In this document: positions 25,697 to 32,726 of the stretch, piece by piece
Layout of the letters: the number at the start of each line of letters is the position of its first letter
Position numbering within the stretch: position 1 is the stretch's first letter
Source: a virus
Lineage: Duplodnaviria; Caudoviricetes
Virus record (IMG/VR): IMGVR_UViG_3300037045_000078
Coordinates: 1 to 35,108 of that record
Reading direction: 5' to 3' (one strand)
DNA: 35,108 nt
Translations under genes and position numbers: made by a program
The notes under the pieces: generated by a model
What the model saw: only the letters and a program-made list of their open reading frames with translations
Told to the model about the DNA's origin: nothing
Databases searched by the model: none

Positions 25697-26064
25697 TTCT
25701 TCCCCTTCTTGGATGTGGCTTTCGGTTCTTCCGGTGGCGGTAGGGGCCCCGTACCTTCAACACCGTCGCCGGTGAGGGTTCCTGCCGGTATGATGTCCTC
25801 ATTCGGATCGTCAGACACCACAATCGGCCCCGGTGCGTTTGGCACTTCCTGTGGTGTCAGCGTTGACGGTTCGACCGACTCGAAGGGTCCGCCCACGACC
25901 TTGAAAATGGCCACGCTTGTCCCTAAAAGATAGGATGCATCTCCATACTCAACGGGAGCGGTCATTCCGTTGCCCTCATCGAAGGTATACTCGCCCCTCA
26001 GCCGTGGCATGGTGAGGTGTAATGATGGTTTCTTTCCCACATACTGTAATCTTACAAACTTCAT
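25693..26064 (-). CDS. Hypothetical head-region protein (123 aa)
   Basis: AGGAG SD, ATGA overlap with the adaptor; folded N-half and P/E/K-rich tail. Confidence 0.65.
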   Translation of the reverse strand: MKFVRLQYVGKKPSLHLTMPRLRGEYTFDEGNGMTAPVEYGDASYLLGTSVAIFKVVGGPFESVEPSTLTPQEVPNAPGPIVVSDDPNEDIIPAGTLTGDGVEGTGPLPPPEEPKATSKKGKK

Positions 26065-26068
26065 GGCA

Positions 26069-26380
26069 TCACTCCTTTTCTATAACGTCTATTTCCTGGG
26101 CTTCCAGGACGCGCCGGACAAATTCGATGTCCTCTTTCCCATAGCCCCTCACGGTTTCGCAGGCACCTTTTAGCTGTGCGTACTCAGCTTCTTCCAGTAA
26201 AATGGAGCCTTTCGCGTCCATAATCTGCTCTGCAAGCTTATTCGTCTTGAGCAATTCAAGTGCGGTGAGCTTCCTTTCCGGGTTAAAAAGGATCGTTATT
26301 GCTGAATCCTTTACCCGATAGGGTAATGTCTGTCCATCCGCCATCGTTACTTCATACTCTGTTACGTCAAATTTCCGCAT
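26069..26380 (-). CDS. Hypothetical protein, possible fibre chaperone (103 aa)
   Basis: AAAGGAG SD, helical ILLEEAEYAQLK. Function inferred from position after a fibre-like gene. Confidence 0.65.
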   Translation of the reverse strand: MRKFDVTEYEVTMADGQTLPYRVKDSAITILFNPERKLTALELLKTNKLAEQIMDAKGSILLEEAEYAQLKGACETVRGYGKEDIEFVRRVLEAQEIDVIEKE

Positions 26381-26409
26381 ATGGTGTTCTCCTTTCGTGG
26401 TGTGGATAA

Positions 26410-26432
26410 GGGAGGGGCTTGTCGCCCCTCCC
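26410..26432. terminator. Intergenic GC hairpin (weak terminator or mRNA stabiliser)
   Basis: GGGAGGGGC-ttgtc-GCCCCTCCC perfect 9-bp stem; only TTAT follows on the minus strand. Confidence 0.55.
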
Positions 26433-26450
26433 GGTTACGCGTGGTGTTGT

Positions 26451-27140
26451 TTATGAGCCGGTACCGTAAGTTATCCACCGGGTTCCAATGCCATCAATGT
26501 ATATTTTGATACACCCACCCGCAGTGTTGGCCGTTCTGTTTGAGTCTATGACGCCGTTTGTAGCGTCAACACAGCCTGCGTCAAAGTGAAACGCCGCACA
26601 GTTAGTCTGTTGCGTCAGTGCGGTAATGCCTGTTGCGTTCCCTCCGAGCGAAAAGCGGACAAATGACAATATCCCGCCATTGGCAGAAGATGCGCCGTCG
26701 GCATATAACTCTGCCTGGATGGCCGCGCACGTCCCGCCAAGTGCCCTGTTCGGTACATGGAGGGTGGCCCGCACCGCTGTACCAAGGCCCGTGACGTTCC
26801 CAACCGTAGCCCCGAAGGACAGCGATATGTGGGCACCGTTGACCGTGTCAGCCGGCGTGTTGTTGACTACCGTTGTGAAGATTCGTGCCGCTTCACCGCC
26901 AGCTCCACCGGTGAGATACAGCCGCAGATACATACCGCGAGAAGTACCGCCGACAGCCTCCGAGCCGAGATAGAAGGAAATGAAATTCTTATCTGCTACC
27001 AGGGTTGATTTGTACGACGTCGATTTTCCCGATCCGAGAATGAGGCCGTCGTGCTGGTAGAGTCCGAGGGAAATGGCGTTGAGCATATTCTTGTCAGGAT
27101 CGCTGCTCCGCCATGATGGTCTGCCTATCTTTAATGACAT
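26451..27140 (-). CDS. Putative head fibre/decoration protein (229 aa)
   Basis: G/A/T-rich beta-strand repeats, C-terminal IKIYIDG..RWI. AAAGGAGG SD; follows the capsid genes. Confidence 0.6.
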   Translation of the reverse strand: MSLKIGRPSWRSSDPDKNMLNAISLGLYQHDGLILGSGKSTSYKSTLVADKNFISFYLGSEAVGGTSRGMYLRLYLTGGAGGEAARIFTTVVNNTPADTVNGAHISLSFGATVGNVTGLGTAVRATLHVPNRALGGTCAAIQAELYADGASSANGGILSFVRFSLGGNATGITALTQQTNCAAFHFDAGCVDATNGVIDSNRTANTAGGCIKIYIDGIGTRWITYGTGS

Positions 27141-27162
27141 GATTCAACCCTCCTTTCAGGGG

Positions 27163-27199
27163 ACCGGGGCGTGAGATTGTGTCCCGTTACCGCCCCGGT
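27163..27199 (-). promoter_or_regulatory. Intergenic bulged hairpin
   Basis: Minus strand ACCGGGGCG..GGGA-cacaa-TCTC..CGCCCCGGT, just upstream of the next SD. Confidence 0.5.
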
Positions 27200-27208
27200 T
27201 GATTGGTT

Positions 27209-27670
27209 CTACGTGGTGTAAACCGCGATTTCGTCCTCGATGGTGTCGCCCATCTTGTAAAAGACGTTCATGTGGATGGTCTGGCCGAGTTCCACGGTAT
27301 CGCCGAGCCACTTCACATCAATGGTGTCGTATACGGTGTACTCGTAGTTTTCAACGCAGGCCATGTCGCCATCTTCGTGAAAATCGCTCCGGATGGGTCC
27401 GCTCGAAGGGTCTACCCCGTCGAGAAACCTATCGACGAGGCCGCCGTCGCCCACGTCAAAGGTCCTGCCGGTTCCCGAATCACCCACAAACATCTGGATG
27501 TCAAGGATCTGAGCCCCCTTCGGCACCGGGACCATCTGGATGATGCTGTTCGCGTCGAGGGCGGCCGCTGCCTTGTAGTAGCCGGTCCGGCACAGAACAA
27601 CGCCGGCCCTCCTGTCGTCGGGCCTGAGCCCGCTCTTTACTGCTTCTGACTGTACGGTTACTGCTGCCAT
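27209..27670 (-). CDS. Capsid decoration/cement-like protein (153 aa)
   Basis: Directly follows MCP; IQMVPVPKGAQILD..TFDVGD..DRF pattern; GGAGG SD. Confidence 0.7.
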   Translation of the reverse strand: MAAVTVQSEAVKSGLRPDDRRAGVVLCRTGYYKAAAALDANSIIQMVPVPKGAQILDIQMFVGDSGTGRTFDVGDGGLVDRFLDGVDPSSGPIRSDFHEDGDMACVENYEYTVYDTIDVKWLGDTVELGQTIHMNVFYKMGDTIEDEIAVYTT

Positions 27671-27688
27671 GGTATCACCTCCCTTATC

Positions 27689-28768
27689 CTATGCGTTCGG
27701 GTTGACACAGTAGGTGTCTACTGCGACAACCCCGAAATCCTTGCTGTTGTACCGGGACTTCTTCACCCCGTAGATGGTGCCTGCCGTGATGGCAAGGGCA
27801 TTGCCCCTGTCATCCGTTTCCTCGTTCCAGGTGTACCGTCCTGGGGCGTTGTTCCCGCCCCACGCAATAATCCCCGCCTGTGCACCGAGTAAGAGTGCCC
27901 TGGCTGCGGGCTGCGCCCCGTCGGAGCCGTAATCGGAGAAGCGGATCACGTTGCGGTGCTTGTGCATCACGATGCCGTTGTAGCTGCCAAGGGCGTTTTT
28001 GTAAATCAAGCTGTCCTTGCCGTCAGTGTTCTTGTGGATATCGATCCAGTCGTTGGCGCTGACCGAGGCCCGGAGGTCGAACGCCTGCCACACGTGCATG
28101 AGCAGCACGTATTCCAGCTCACCGTCCACGGAGAAGGGGAGCATGACCGGGTCGACCGTTTCCACTGAGGCAACTGCCTTGTCGCAAATGGTCAGGTCCA
28201 TCTTGTCGCCGGAGTCAAGGTCTGCCTTGGCCGTGGCGTTCCCACCGTAGAAGATGTGGGACGAGTCCGGTGCTGTGAGAGCGTTGTTGGCCCTTCCGGT
28301 GAAACCGATGTGCGCGTGCAACGACGCGTCGATCCCCCTGGCTCCCGCCAGGTACATCATGATCTGCTCGTCGTAGTCCTCAGCCCACCAGGTGGCAAGG
28401 GCATCACGCCCTTCCTTGCGCATGTTATAGGGGACGCGCTGCTCCGACATCTGGCCCTTGGACTTGGTGCCCTTCCTCCTCTTGTCGATGTAGAGCGCAT
28501 CGTGGAAGAAGTTGAGGGCTTCCTCCGCGCTGGTGCCTTCGATGAGGTTGTCGCCTTCGGTGCCGTCTCCCGACAGTTTCATTCTCAAGCCTACGGTTAT
28601 CATCTCACCGGACTTCTTTGACAATTCCTGCTGAATCTTGATCAGCGCATTTTCGTCGGTGCCCATGAATTTCCGGAAGTACTGTTTCTTCTCGGCTTCT
28701 ACGGCCAGCGACGTACTCCACCGGCGCACTGCCAATGGGTCATTCAATGGAAAATCTGTTGCTGCCAT
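27689..28768 (-). CDS. Major capsid protein, N4-gp56/DUF4043 family (359 aa)
   Basis: LAVRRWS..L, ELSKKSGE.I, IEGTSAEEAL, MSEQRV..NMR, YVLLMH..Q..DLR, RALLLGAQA, GVKKSRY..DFGVVAVDT. Confidence 0.9.
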   Translation of the reverse strand: MAATDFPLNDPLAVRRWSTSLAVEAEKKQYFRKFMGTDENALIKIQQELSKKSGEMITVGLRMKLSGDGTEGDNLIEGTSAEEALNFFHDALYIDKRRKGTKSKGQMSEQRVPYNMRKEGRDALATWWAEDYDEQIMMYLAGARGIDASLHAHIGFTGRANNALTAPDSSHIFYGGNATAKADLDSGDKMDLTICDKAVASVETVDPVMLPFSVDGELEYVLLMHVWQAFDLRASVSANDWIDIHKNTDGKDSLIYKNALGSYNGIVMHKHRNVIRFSDYGSDGAQPAARALLLGAQAGIIAWGGNNAPGRYTWNEETDDRGNALAITAGTIYGVKKSRYNSKDFGVVAVDTYCVNPNA

Positions 28769-28789
28769 GGTCGTTCTCCTTTTTTGGTC

Positions 28790-29872
28790 TTATCTTCCCT
28801 GGAGGTACCTCTCCTGCTCCTCCGGTGACATCCGCGCCATTTCCGCCTCGGTGACTACCCGGTTCGGATCATTCGGCACGGACGAACCGCCCGGAGGGGT
28901 GCCCCCGATATTGCGATAGCCCGTTGTTGTATTTTGTATTTTTCCCAGGAGTTCTGCTGCGCCCTGGGCTTTCAGTAAATCTTCCTTCGTCGCATCAGGC
29001 TTCACCGCCTTATACGCGTTGTTGAGCAGGGTAAGCATCTGCACCGCGCCCTTCCCGAGCAGAAGAATCCGCCCGTCCTCCCCGACGATGCGGGTGGCGG
29101 GGTCGGTCATGACGGACAGGAATGTTTCTTCCATGCCGTTGTTTGCGGCGAATTGGGTAAGGGCCTTGTTGACGTCGCCGCCCTCGGCGAATATCCCCGG
29201 CACCGCCTGTTCCATTTCGCTATACCGCTGCTCGATCAGGGCCTTCGTCTGGTGCTCCGCCGCCTTCCTCTGCCGCTCTTCTTTCTGTTTTTGTTCCTCC
29301 TGGTTTTGAAACCGGTTCAGGTTGTGGAGGTAGATCTGCGCTTCCACGAGGTCATTCTCGGCCAGGTCCCGGTATTCCTGGGATGTCAATACCTTAAAGT
29401 CGGATGGTATCTCATCATCTTCTGTCTCATGCGTAACGGGTATGTCCTGACGTGCCTCTGCCGGTTTCCCCTGCTGCAATGCGGCCACGGTTGCCTCAAG
29501 CTCCTGAAGCGCTGAAGACATGGCCTGCCGTTTGCCACGTTCCTCGTGCAGCGCTGCCAGCGGCACGTATCCCGGCGGCGGCTTCACGGCCTCACCCGTT
29601 ACCCCATCCCCTGAAGCATTATTGGGTGGCTCTGGCGGTGGTTCTGCATCGTCCTGGTTCTCGGGTGGCCCCTGGCTGTCCGTTGCTTCTTCGGGAGTTT
29701 CCGGTGCCTGTTCCTCGCCCATCAGCTCGGCATCAGTGACGGCTTCCCCGAATAACGAGGATGTTACGGTTTCGTTCTCCGGCGCGAGGTCGGTTCCTGC
29801 GTCCTGAACGGTCGGGTCATCACGCTGATCCGCGGCGTCATTTGGTGTTTCTGCTTCTGTGTTTGTATCCAT
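28790..29872 (-). CDS. Capsid scaffolding protein (360 aa)
   Basis: Start MDTNTE at 29872 (AAAGGAG SD). Acidic disordered N-terminus, VPLAALHEERGKRQ, coiled coil, C-terminal MARMSPEEQERYL; immediately upstream of MCP. Confidence 0.8.
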   Translation of the reverse strand: MDTNTEAETPNDAADQRDDPTVQDAGTDLAPENETVTSSLFGEAVTDAELMGEEQAPETPEEATDSQGPPENQDDAEPPPEPPNNASGDGVTGEAVKPPPGYVPLAALHEERGKRQAMSSALQELEATVAALQQGKPAEARQDIPVTHETEDDEIPSDFKVLTSQEYRDLAENDLVEAQIYLHNLNRFQNQEEQKQKEERQRKAAEHQTKALIEQRYSEMEQAVPGIFAEGGDVNKALTQFAANNGMEETFLSVMTDPATRIVGEDGRILLLGKGAVQMLTLLNNAYKAVKPDATKEDLLKAQGAAELLGKIQNTTTGYRNIGGTPPGGSSVPNDPNRVVTEAEMARMSPEEQERYLQGR

Positions 29873-29899
29873 GTCTCGCTCCTTTCTTTGCCTGCTCTT

Positions 29900-30076
29900 T
29901 TCCGGGTTGCAGGCCCCCGAATTTATGGTGCCCGTGTACGCCACCGGGCAAGCGTCACAACAAAAAAGCCCCCTGAAGACCGATACACACGAACGGAGTG
30001 GTCCCATGCGTACCGGTTCCAGGGGGCTTATTTCAGCGCGCTGGCTGCCCTTGTGCCGCTTACCTGCGCGGCGGGC
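29900..30076 (-). promoter_or_regulatory. Structured RNA leader of the scaffold/capsid genes, including a long hairpin with U-tract
   Basis: Four hairpins; the largest (29962-30029) pairs fully only with G:U on the minus-strand RNA and ends in U6. Confidence 0.7.
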
Positions 30077-30095
30077 GATATGGTGTTGCCTCGTT

Positions 30096-30416
30096 TTACT
30101 TCATGGTTGCTGTCTCCTTTGCCGTCTTCACTTTGTTTACAACATTTTTGACCACGGACACGATCGCCATGATTGCACCGTGCGCCTGTATGCCGACGGT
30201 TACAAGCATGATGACGGCGTCGGTGACGCTCTTGAGCGCCGCCTCGTTCACTTCCACACCGAAGAATTCCCTCAATGCCTGGCCGATCAGAACAAGAACC
30301 GGCCCTACCGCCTTCCTGGACAGCAACACTCCGAGGATCTTCCCGATGGAATACTCTGCCACGATTGCCTTTCTAGCGTCTTTGAACTGCGCATAGAGTC
30401 TCAAATACTTCATCAT
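30096..30416 (-). CDS. Membrane protein of the lysis cassette (106 aa)
   Basis: Two hydrophobic segments and a basic C-terminus; follows the holin. Confidence 0.6.
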   Translation of the reverse strand: MMKYLRLYAQFKDARKAIVAEYSIGKILGVLLSRKAVGPVLVLIGQALREFFGVEVNEAALKSVTDAVIMLVTVGIQAHGAIMAIVSVVKNVVNKVKTAKETATMK

Positions 30417-30419
30417 GGC

Positions 30420-30719
30420 CTATTCCTCCTCTTTGAGCTTCTGGACCGCTGCCTCGATGGCGGCATAGATCATGGAGGTCGTCACCTGGACGCCGAGGGT
30501 TATGCCCTGCCCTTTCAGGTCGGTGACGATGGCATCGAAAGCCGCTTTCCGCTTGGCGTCTCCGTCAGCGTTGCCCATGGTTTGGGCCATAGTCTTGACG
30601 GCAGCTATGGCCGAGGCTGCCAGGATGTTCCCTGCGCTCGACAGAAACACCTTGACGAAGGGCGTGAGAAAATCCCAGATCCTGGAAAACACGAGTTTCA
30701 GTTTCTCTGAAAATGTCAT
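30420..30719 (-). CDS. Holin, LL-H-like (99 aa)
   Basis: Start MTFSEK at 30719 (AAAGGAG SD). GDAKRKAAF..LKGQGI..IYAAIEAAVQKL matches the LL-H family pattern. Confidence 0.7.
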   Translation of the reverse strand: MTFSEKLKLVFSRIWDFLTPFVKVFLSSAGNILAASAIAAVKTMAQTMGNADGDAKRKAAFDAIVTDLKGQGITLGVQVTTSMIYAAIEAAVQKLKEEE

Positions 30720-30886
30720 TTCTTTTCTCCTTTGCGAAACAGTTTCTTGAAGAAATTGGCGATGGTGTCGTCCCAATTCCAGCCAAAGGTTGTGCCGATC
30801 TTTACCACGACTCCGCCATGCTTGAGGTCCTCCCGCTTCGCCATCTCTTCTATTACATTCACGGTGTTGCTCCCCTGCTCATCCAT
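30716..30886 (-). CDS. Small 56-aa lysis-cassette protein missed by the ORF track (MDEQGSNTVNVIEEMAKREDLKHGGVVVKIGTTFGWNWDDTIANFFKKLFRKGEKK)
   Basis: AGGAG SD; overlaps the endolysin end and the holin start (ATGA), filling the gap exactly. Confidence 0.7.
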   Translation of the reverse strand: MDEQGSNTVNVIEEMAKREDLKHGGVVVKIGTTFGWNWDDTIANFFKKLFRKGEKK

Positions 30887-31466
30887 TCAGCACGCTCCTG
30901 ACTTTCTCTCGAAAGACACCACGGAACGTTGTATCCCTGTCTGCCTCTGCCAGCATCAGCCTGATCCGTGTTATGGCCTGGCTGGCCTCGTACCACTCGC
31001 ACAGGGCAGCCGACGCTGCCAGCACATTGAGCGTCCTCCTGGTCAATCCACGGAAGAAACCCACGTATCCCGGCAATCGATCAGCCAGGGACAGGTAGTA
31101 AGCAATCTGGTGGATGGCGAACCCGTTTATATTCGGTGACTTCCGTGATAATTCCCGAGCCCTGAAGGGACCGGCATTGAACGCGAAGTCAGCCGTCTGA
31201 ACGTCCATTCCCGCTGCAAGGCTGTCCGCTTTTACCCGGTTCCAGAACTCCTTCCGGTACACGTCGAGGACAACGTCTTCCGTCACGAGGTGCACGTCGT
31301 CCACCGATATGCTTCCGTCACGGTTGAGGTCGAGGCCAATGTTCTTCATCAGCCCCATGGTGAGGCCCATCTTTGTTGGTCCGCCACGGTCATGGGGATC
31401 GTTGACGAACGGGACGCCCTCCTGGGCCATGGTCATCCTGAATCCGTAGGCAAGGTTACTCTCCAT
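30879..31466 (-). CDS. Endolysin, glycoside hydrolase family 108 (195 aa)
   Basis: QEG..VNDPHDRGGPTKMGLT, YRKEFW, DFAFNAG. AGGAGG SD. Confidence 0.85.
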   Translation of the reverse strand: MESNLAYGFRMTMAQEGVPFVNDPHDRGGPTKMGLTMGLMKNIGLDLNRDGSISVDDVHLVTEDVVLDVYRKEFWNRVKADSLAAGMDVQTADFAFNAGPFRARELSRKSPNINGFAIHQIAYYLSLADRLPGYVGFFRGLTRRTLNVLAASAALCEWYEASQAITRIRLMLAEADRDTTFRGVFREKVRSVLNG

Positions 31467-31647
31467 GTGCTATCCTCCTGCACTCCGGGCACAGGGTGTG
31501 GTGTTCGCAGTGGTTGTGCCGCGCAAGGTCCAGCCTCTCGCCCGGCGCAAGGTGTCCCCAATGCGGATACCGGTCGCCGCGATTGTACTTCTGGACGCGC
31601 CCGCACACGGAACAGATCTTGAGAACAATCCGGAATACCCCATGTCC
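31456..31647 (-). pseudogene. Zinc-binding-like CxxC..CxxC reading frame lacking a canonical start (frameshifted, read-through or error)
   Basis: Frame reads VFRIVLKICSVCGRVQK..W..HTLCPECRRIAHGE*. In frame with the upstream TAG; the nearby ATG (31643) is one base out of frame. Confidence 0.55.
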
Positions 31648-31869
31648 CTATCCTTTCTGCGGGATTACAACGCTCCCGCCGCCGTTATGCTTGTGATAAT
31701 TGATCCTGTTCCACATATCCTCATGAGCCTGCTTGTTGTCCTCGCATACCTTCTCGATGTACTCCCTGACTTCCCGTTTCCAGGACCGCAGCGAGGTGAG
31801 TAAAATGCCCAGCAAGCTGACTGCTATTCCCGAAAACCCTGTCAACAGCGCCAACCACGTATTCTCCAT
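31648..31869 (-). CDS. Small TM + coiled-coil protein (holin/antiholin-like, 73 aa)
   Basis: Start MENTWL at 31869; one N-terminal TM helix and a charged helix; upstream of the endolysin. Confidence 0.65.
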   Translation of the reverse strand: MENTWLALLTGFSGIAVSLLGILLTSLRSWKREVREYIEKVCEDNKQAHEDMWNRINYHKHNGGGSVVIPQKG

Positions 31870-31880
31870 TGCCCGCCCTC

Positions 31881-32114
31881 TCACTCGCATGGCCTGTTGT
31901 AATCGAGGCGGAGCCGTGAACTCTCGGTAAACTCAACCCGCTCTCCGTTCGTCAGCCATACCCGCCATAATTTTCCTGCTCGCACTACCCTGGTGGCGCA
32001 GTAGCTCTCGTAGTTTAGCTGGTACTGATCGTCCCCTGCGGTGGTGATGGTATCTACCCGGTCGGCAACGAGGACAAACCCGATGAGAATCAGGAGTGAC
32101 GCCAGCGCTTTCAT
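31881..32114 (-). CDS. Small exported/membrane-anchored protein (77 aa)
   Basis: Start MKALASLLILIGFVLVA at 32114 (ATGA overlap); signal-like N-terminus without a lipobox Cys. Confidence 0.6.
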   Translation of the reverse strand: MKALASLLILIGFVLVADRVDTITTAGDDQYQLNYESYCATRVVRAGKLWRVWLTNGERVEFTESSRLRLDYNRPCE

Positions 32115-32527
32115 TGGGATGCCCCTATAATCCGAAGCAGGGTCGGCACGGAGAGCGGCTTGCCCGCGTACAACAGGGAAATGGTGTTGCTCGGAACGCT
32201 CTCGATGTTCTCCGAGTTCACCGCCGTAAGCCGGAACCATTTCGTGGTGTTCGCCCCGTCAGGGAAGGTAATGGTCTGGGCCGACGTATACTCTGCCTGC
32301 GGTGTGCCGGTATAGGCAATCGACGCAGCCAGGGTGTATTGTCCGGCCTCGGTTGTCGAACTGTAAAGCCGCCACTCCTTCAGGTAAGGCAAGTCCTCGC
32401 TCGCCTGACCCCAGCCGAATGTCCTGGTTACCGATGCCCCTTGAGCTGTAACTGTGACAACAAGGGCACACATGAGCGCAAAGAGCGCTGCACGAAAAAT
32501 CCTGTTCATCATCCTGTTCGTGTTCAT
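32111..32527 (-). CDS. Secreted fibronectin type III-like protein (138 aa)
   Basis: Start at 32527 (AAGGAGG). Signal peptide ending AQG/A; FGW..WRLYSS..GQY..WFRLTAVN..ESVPSN Fn3 pattern. Confidence 0.75.
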   Translation of the reverse strand: MNTNRMMNRIFRAALFALMCALVVTVTAQGASVTRTFGWGQASEDLPYLKEWRLYSSTTEAGQYTLAASIAYTGTPQAEYTSAQTITFPDGANTTKWFRLTAVNSENIESVPSNTISLLYAGKPLSVPTLLRIIGASQ

Positions 32528-32540
32528 GGTGGTCCTCCTT

Positions 32541-32726
32541 TCATATCCCCACGCCAGGGGCGTTCGGGAAAATCTGGTCAAAGTTGTGCCGGTAGTGGGT
32601 TAAATCCGCCTCGGTATTAAACCGGAAGGTGTTCCACCGGAAATCCCTGCCCCGCGGCAGCTCCCGGTGGCTTCGGAAATGCCTTTCCGCCTTTGCCTCA
32701 AACACTGCTTCCTCGTGTCGTGTCAT
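32541..32726 (-). CDS. Hypothetical protein (61 aa)
   Basis: AGGAGG SD, ATGA overlap with the portal stop. Confidence 0.65.
   Translation of the reverse strand: MTRHEEAVFEAKAERHFRSHRELPRGRDFRWNTFRFNTEADLTHYRHNFDQIFPNAPGVGI

Noticed and set aside
29873-30007. N-terminal extension of the scaffold ORF
   Set aside because: Runs through the hairpin leader; the SD supports 29872.
31470-31643. 57-aa ATG-started ORF (MGYSGLFSRS...)
   Set aside because: Junk-like composition; the overlapping CxxC frame is far more protein-like. Not fully excluded.
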